From positions 1-58,845 of the forward strand of contig ADNK01000066.1 of assembly GCA_000320545.1 (NCBI GenBank): DNA of 58,845 nt, read 5' to 3'. The notes under the pieces are model-generated. The model was not told the origin of the DNA and searched no databases. It saw only the letters and a program-made list of their open reading frames with translations. Positions 54,467 through 58,845 of the stretch are shown here, one piece after another. This DNA is from Bigelowiella natans CCMP2755 (Eukaryota; Protista; Cercozoa). Made by a program: the position numbers and the translations under genes. Position 1 is the stretch's first letter. Each line of letters opens with the position of its first letter.

Positions 54467-54923
54467 AAGAGAGAGATGACTATAACCGTAACTGATTTTT
54501 GGCGATGTGTGCATTGACATGTTTGGCCATGTTCTGTTGAAAGGTATGCAACAAACACATCACTTCACTGATGATCAAATGACACATGCAGAGTTTTGCT
54601 TACAGGAAATCGTAAAATAAAATGCATAAATGACTATCTGTTTGTTTGTGCATGTGCATGTGCATGTGCGTTTGTGTTTATGCGTGTGAATGTGTGAGCT
54701 TAGTAATCATTCAAAATCAACACATATTCGGAATAAATCATTTTTAAGATGTTCCTAGGATGCAGCTCACTGCTAATGTTGAAATTAAGTTCAATTATTG
54801 TGTTTATAACAATGCTTTGTACCTTCAACGTTGCCTTACTTACAGCATTCACAATCCTTAGTTTTTCCTATTTTGATGCACACATTTATCGATATTAGTC
54901 TCTTCAAGTGGATGCATAAATCG

Positions 54924-54971
<48 letters not shown>

Positions 54972-55832
54972 TGCGTGTGTAATTGCCTTTGTTTGTATCC
55001 GTGCGTGGGTGAATCAACAATCGCCTTGCTATTTGAATAATACCTCGCAGTTCTGCTCCTCCGAGACAACTTCAATCTATAGATCAATACCGCATTCTTA
55101 TTATCAGCTAAATAATATATATCCAAACAGCATGCACATATCCTAAAGTTCCATAGGGTTTGATACACCTTTTCTGCCAGCAGATCGAATGCTAGTAGGC
55201 AGGTTTTCATTTGCTCCTTTCGCTCCAAAACCGCTAATATATTTGTATGATTTGTATCGTTACATAATGACACAAGAGGTTGCACTCGATAAAGTTTCCA
55301 AGATAACGCTGATCTATCATGATTTCAACGAAATCCACAAATATAAGTTCGTTTGCAAAAACAGAAATACCTTAAGTATTATCAAAACTTATATAAAATC
55401 ATTGTATGTATGGCTATTTGTTGGTGCGTTTGCGTATTGCAGACAGGCTTGAGAGTCGCTTTTTCAGACCTTGAGTGCAGATCGTAGCCTTGTAGGAATC
55501 GATAAACGTTGCAACAACAGCCGACATTATCAACACCACAGCTATGCAAAAGAAGGACCAAAAGTACACAATTGTCCTACACAAACAACCGAGTTCATGC
55601 GGCGAGAAAATCTCAACTTCTTCACAAGATATACGCACAAACGGAGCAATATGTATGTTGCGTATCTGCCAGTATTTAGTACCATTCTGAAATGTCAAGC
55701 GCGGGGTCCATACACTGCGGGTAGTTCTCCGTCGTTAACAGCACAAAAAGGGATAAAGCTGCTCTCTCCATAGAGCTGAGTCAGGAGGAAACACATACGA
55801 CAGCCTTCATAAGGATATATATCATATGTGCA

Positions 55833-55866
<34 letters not shown>

Positions 55867-56143
55867 TATATGTATGACTAAACAAAATGAACATGCTGTT
55901 TGTTTTGTTCACTGGAAAACCTAAAATCAGCATCACTTTCCCATCTGCTTGGATAGCTAAGGAAATGCTCGTGGTATGAGTACATCGACAACGATGAAGG
56001 AGATTAATTACGGTGTATATATGGAACGAAGAGGAAATATAGCGTGACAACACTACAAGCCATCAAAGCTACATCGAATGTATTGGACACTGGCCAAGTG
56101 AGGGAAGTAGCATGTTGGTCTTTGCTCGGGTTTAACCCTGACA

Positions 56144-56174
<31 letters not shown>

Positions 56175-56303
56175 CTTGTTGCGAATATACGCACACCAAT
56201 GAGAGAGTAGAAGCTGATGACGATGACGAGAAGAATGGCCAATGCTCCCAAACGACCCAAAGTCATAAGCACGGTTTTCGAGACCTGTAGCCAAAGATTG
56301 CAT

Positions 56304-56363
<60 letters not shown>

Positions 56364-56862
56364 CAAGATTACAAGAAAGAAAAGCGAGTGAGAAATGAAT
56401 AATGAAGAACATATTGATGCGTGGCAATAACACATCCTTTATTTGTCATTGATATGTGCTATTCAACTCTCATCTCTTTTCATATGTATACTTCAAAGTT
56501 GATGATATATACGAATTACTTTGAACAAGTCCCCACGGTACACTAAGGGCAGCAGAGGGCGGAGCGGCTGCGAGTAGCTTACCTTGAACATAATTGTCAG
56601 GAAACGAAACTACAAATAAGTACACGAATGGGTACTTATTAGGTAATAGACCTTCCAAGGTCACATATTATTTGGCAATTTTCGCAGATACGTGCCCTTA
56701 TGTAAGCTGTTTGTGAATTTGTACGATAAGTCCTTGTTACCCCGTGCGTTGTTGATGATCTCCCAAAACTTAAGAATAGATCAGCAGACATTGCTACTGT
56801 TGCGATTCCAATGAAAAGCTGCCACAGTAAGCACGAAGGATTATAACACGCACACACACACG

Positions 56863-56925
<63 letters not shown>

Positions 56926-57196
56926 GTAGGTGTTGTAATAAGGGAGAAAAACATCATTGAGGTTCGGTCGTTTCTCAAGAAAGATGCAAGCAAGCGACTA
57001 CTCTTCGTCTCGATCTAAGATGGCCATAGAACCCAACTGTTAAAACCTTTATGGCAAACAACACAAACATGAGCCACATACAATATCTAAGCTTTGGTCA
57101 AACGGCTGCATAAATATCATTTTGACGTCTTTGACATAACCCTTATGATGATAGAACTTTATACATATTTTTCTTTTGTTGTTGTTGTTGTTGTTG

Positions 57197-57242
<46 letters not shown>

Positions 57243-58585
57243 AGGGGCACCTCTAACGTAACGGAGACAACGTGTGTCGCAGTGCAAAAACAGTTCGTTT
57301 TTGTGTTAGTGTGCGGACAACAGCTCCAACCTGTGCATGTGCAAAAGCACGTCCAAAAAAGTGAGGTCCCTCAAAGGCATCACGAAGATGGAGACCTGGA
57401 AACCGGAGCGTACAAAATCTCAAATGAAGCAATTGCTTTCTCCGGTGTATTATAAATAATGCTGATACTGTAAATATACAGCATATTTTAGGCGTGTATT
57501 CGACTTAGCTAATGGCTCGGTCATTGTGATAATAAGATACGCTATGCAGGAAAAAGGGAGAGTCAAACCTGCACGGACAACGCGGTCTTCCCAGTTTTTA
57601 GGCTGGTGGCAGACCTGTTTTATACTCACGTGTATAGGTACGAATGCGTATGGGTACATGCGTGTGTGTGTATGAGTGTGAGTGTGTGTTTAGAGAAAGT
57701 CACATCGAATCACGATACCACGATATAAGCATATAAGCCAAACTTTATAACATAATTGAAATGGTTGTATCTCCTCGCTATCATCCTCATTATCTTGGTC
57801 GTCGTCATCGTGTATTTCCTTCGCTTTTTCGTCAAGTCCCTCGCTGTTGCTTGCCATGTGTTGGTTGTGTGGCAGCTGCTGGGAATGCTTGTTGTCGTTT
57901 TCTTCCTCTGCTTGATCATCCGTAGTAGCACTTTCTGGATCTTCCAGATTCAAAGGCTTTACATATGTAGGCAGCATCACACAGTATGTAATGAACAAGA
58001 GCACATGTTAACAAGCTTTCTGATGAAGATCTGCCTCCCCTTTCACCACTATGACCGCTCCTTCAATGTAGTAGCGTTGTAATTAGCATGCATTTTGTAG
58101 TTTGCAGTACCAAAGAGGTCATCAGTGCCGGTCGCTCTGTCTTGATCACATTAAGCATATGAGGCCTTCTATGTCCCCCCACCTCACTTGGTGGGGAGAT
58201 AGACGGCCTATCCTCTAATAGCCTATCATGATAAGGGATAAAGTACTGTTTACATTTCAATTTTAAAGGCAAGAAGAAGAATCTGATGTTTCAATTTATT
58301 ATGCGCTCTGGATAAATTCTAACAGCAGCGGTGAGAAATTGCTGTCTCAAACGACGACCGGTTTATGGTAGTCTTTTGATGGGAAATCGATTATGAAGCT
58401 ACCATGTGTTTTCTAGTGTATTCTAGAGTATTTCCTCAAAGCGAGCAACCTCTTCCGCAGAGACGACGGTATCATTGCTCGTGGGGTTAACGCTTTCCGA
58501 GGGGAGGGTGGAATGGCACTGGGACGACTACTCCTGCCATTTCGAATTGCGGCTGCCTCAAATGCTAATAAATCAACGATATCTG
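49568..58585 (-). CDS. TPC1: Two-pore channel (TPC family), multi-exon; 5' end probably further upstream, 3' end approximate
   Basis: Domain I: S4-like SYSQPLRPLL (~56550), pore LFVLLTTENYPQCM (55718-55735) and S6 YFWSFFCIAVVLIMSAVVATFIDSY. Domain II: pore MFQIFTTNNWSDIMFAV (50789-50803) and S6 LFFITFYIVVNVVIVNLFVALIAD. This is a two-repeat 6TM layout. Confidence 0.82.
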
Positions 58586-58845
58586 TGACTTTGTTTTCTC
58601 CTCTTTTTCCTCCTCCTCCTCCTCCTCCTCCTCCTCCCTCCTCCTTTTCTTATCGTATGTAGATGATGTAGATGCCGAAGATTAGCCAAAGATGCTCTCG
58701 CTAATTAGAAAACAGTATGCTTTCTTATCCCGAAATGTGAGGAGAATATAAAGGCTTTTCAATGGTAACACACACATACATACATGGAGGCACAGAAAGA
58801 ATGGGAGATAGAGAGAGAATGAGAGATTTGAGAGAGAGAGACAAA

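Noticed and set aside
1-58845. tRNA, rRNA or telomeric repeats
   Set aside because: None recognisable by eye; tRNAscan-SE or Infernal would be needed to exclude small RNAs.

Overview
Eukaryotic nuclear DNA: gene-dense, intron-rich (GT-AG, at least one GC-AG) and saturated with microsatellites. Several proteins carry signal-peptide plus transit-like leaders, including a eukaryotic-type ribosomal protein, which points to an alga with a secondary plastid and nucleomorph (chlorarachniophyte-like; inference). About 11 multi-exon or single-exon genes were reconstructed by hand: a PNUTS-like TFIIS-N/RVxF protein, a leader-bearing divergent eS19, an apparently circularly permuted folate-receptor protein, a VHL-beta-like protein, a renalase-like flavoprotein, a 7TM protein, a divergent cyclophilin, an intronless glycosyltransferase-like gene, an RLRGG-leader protein, acylaminoacyl peptidase, a J-domain protein and a two-pore channel. 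The most striking non-genic signal is a 1.24-kb block (22991-24226) with only one TpA dinucleotide and intact CpG. Other long intergenic spacers show milder TpA loss that spares TAG/CTA. Together these suggest a context-specific A:T->G:C (TA->TG/CA) mutagenic process acting on non-genic DNA. All exon boundaries and counts were read by eye; most ORFs in the supplied track are microsatellite artefacts.
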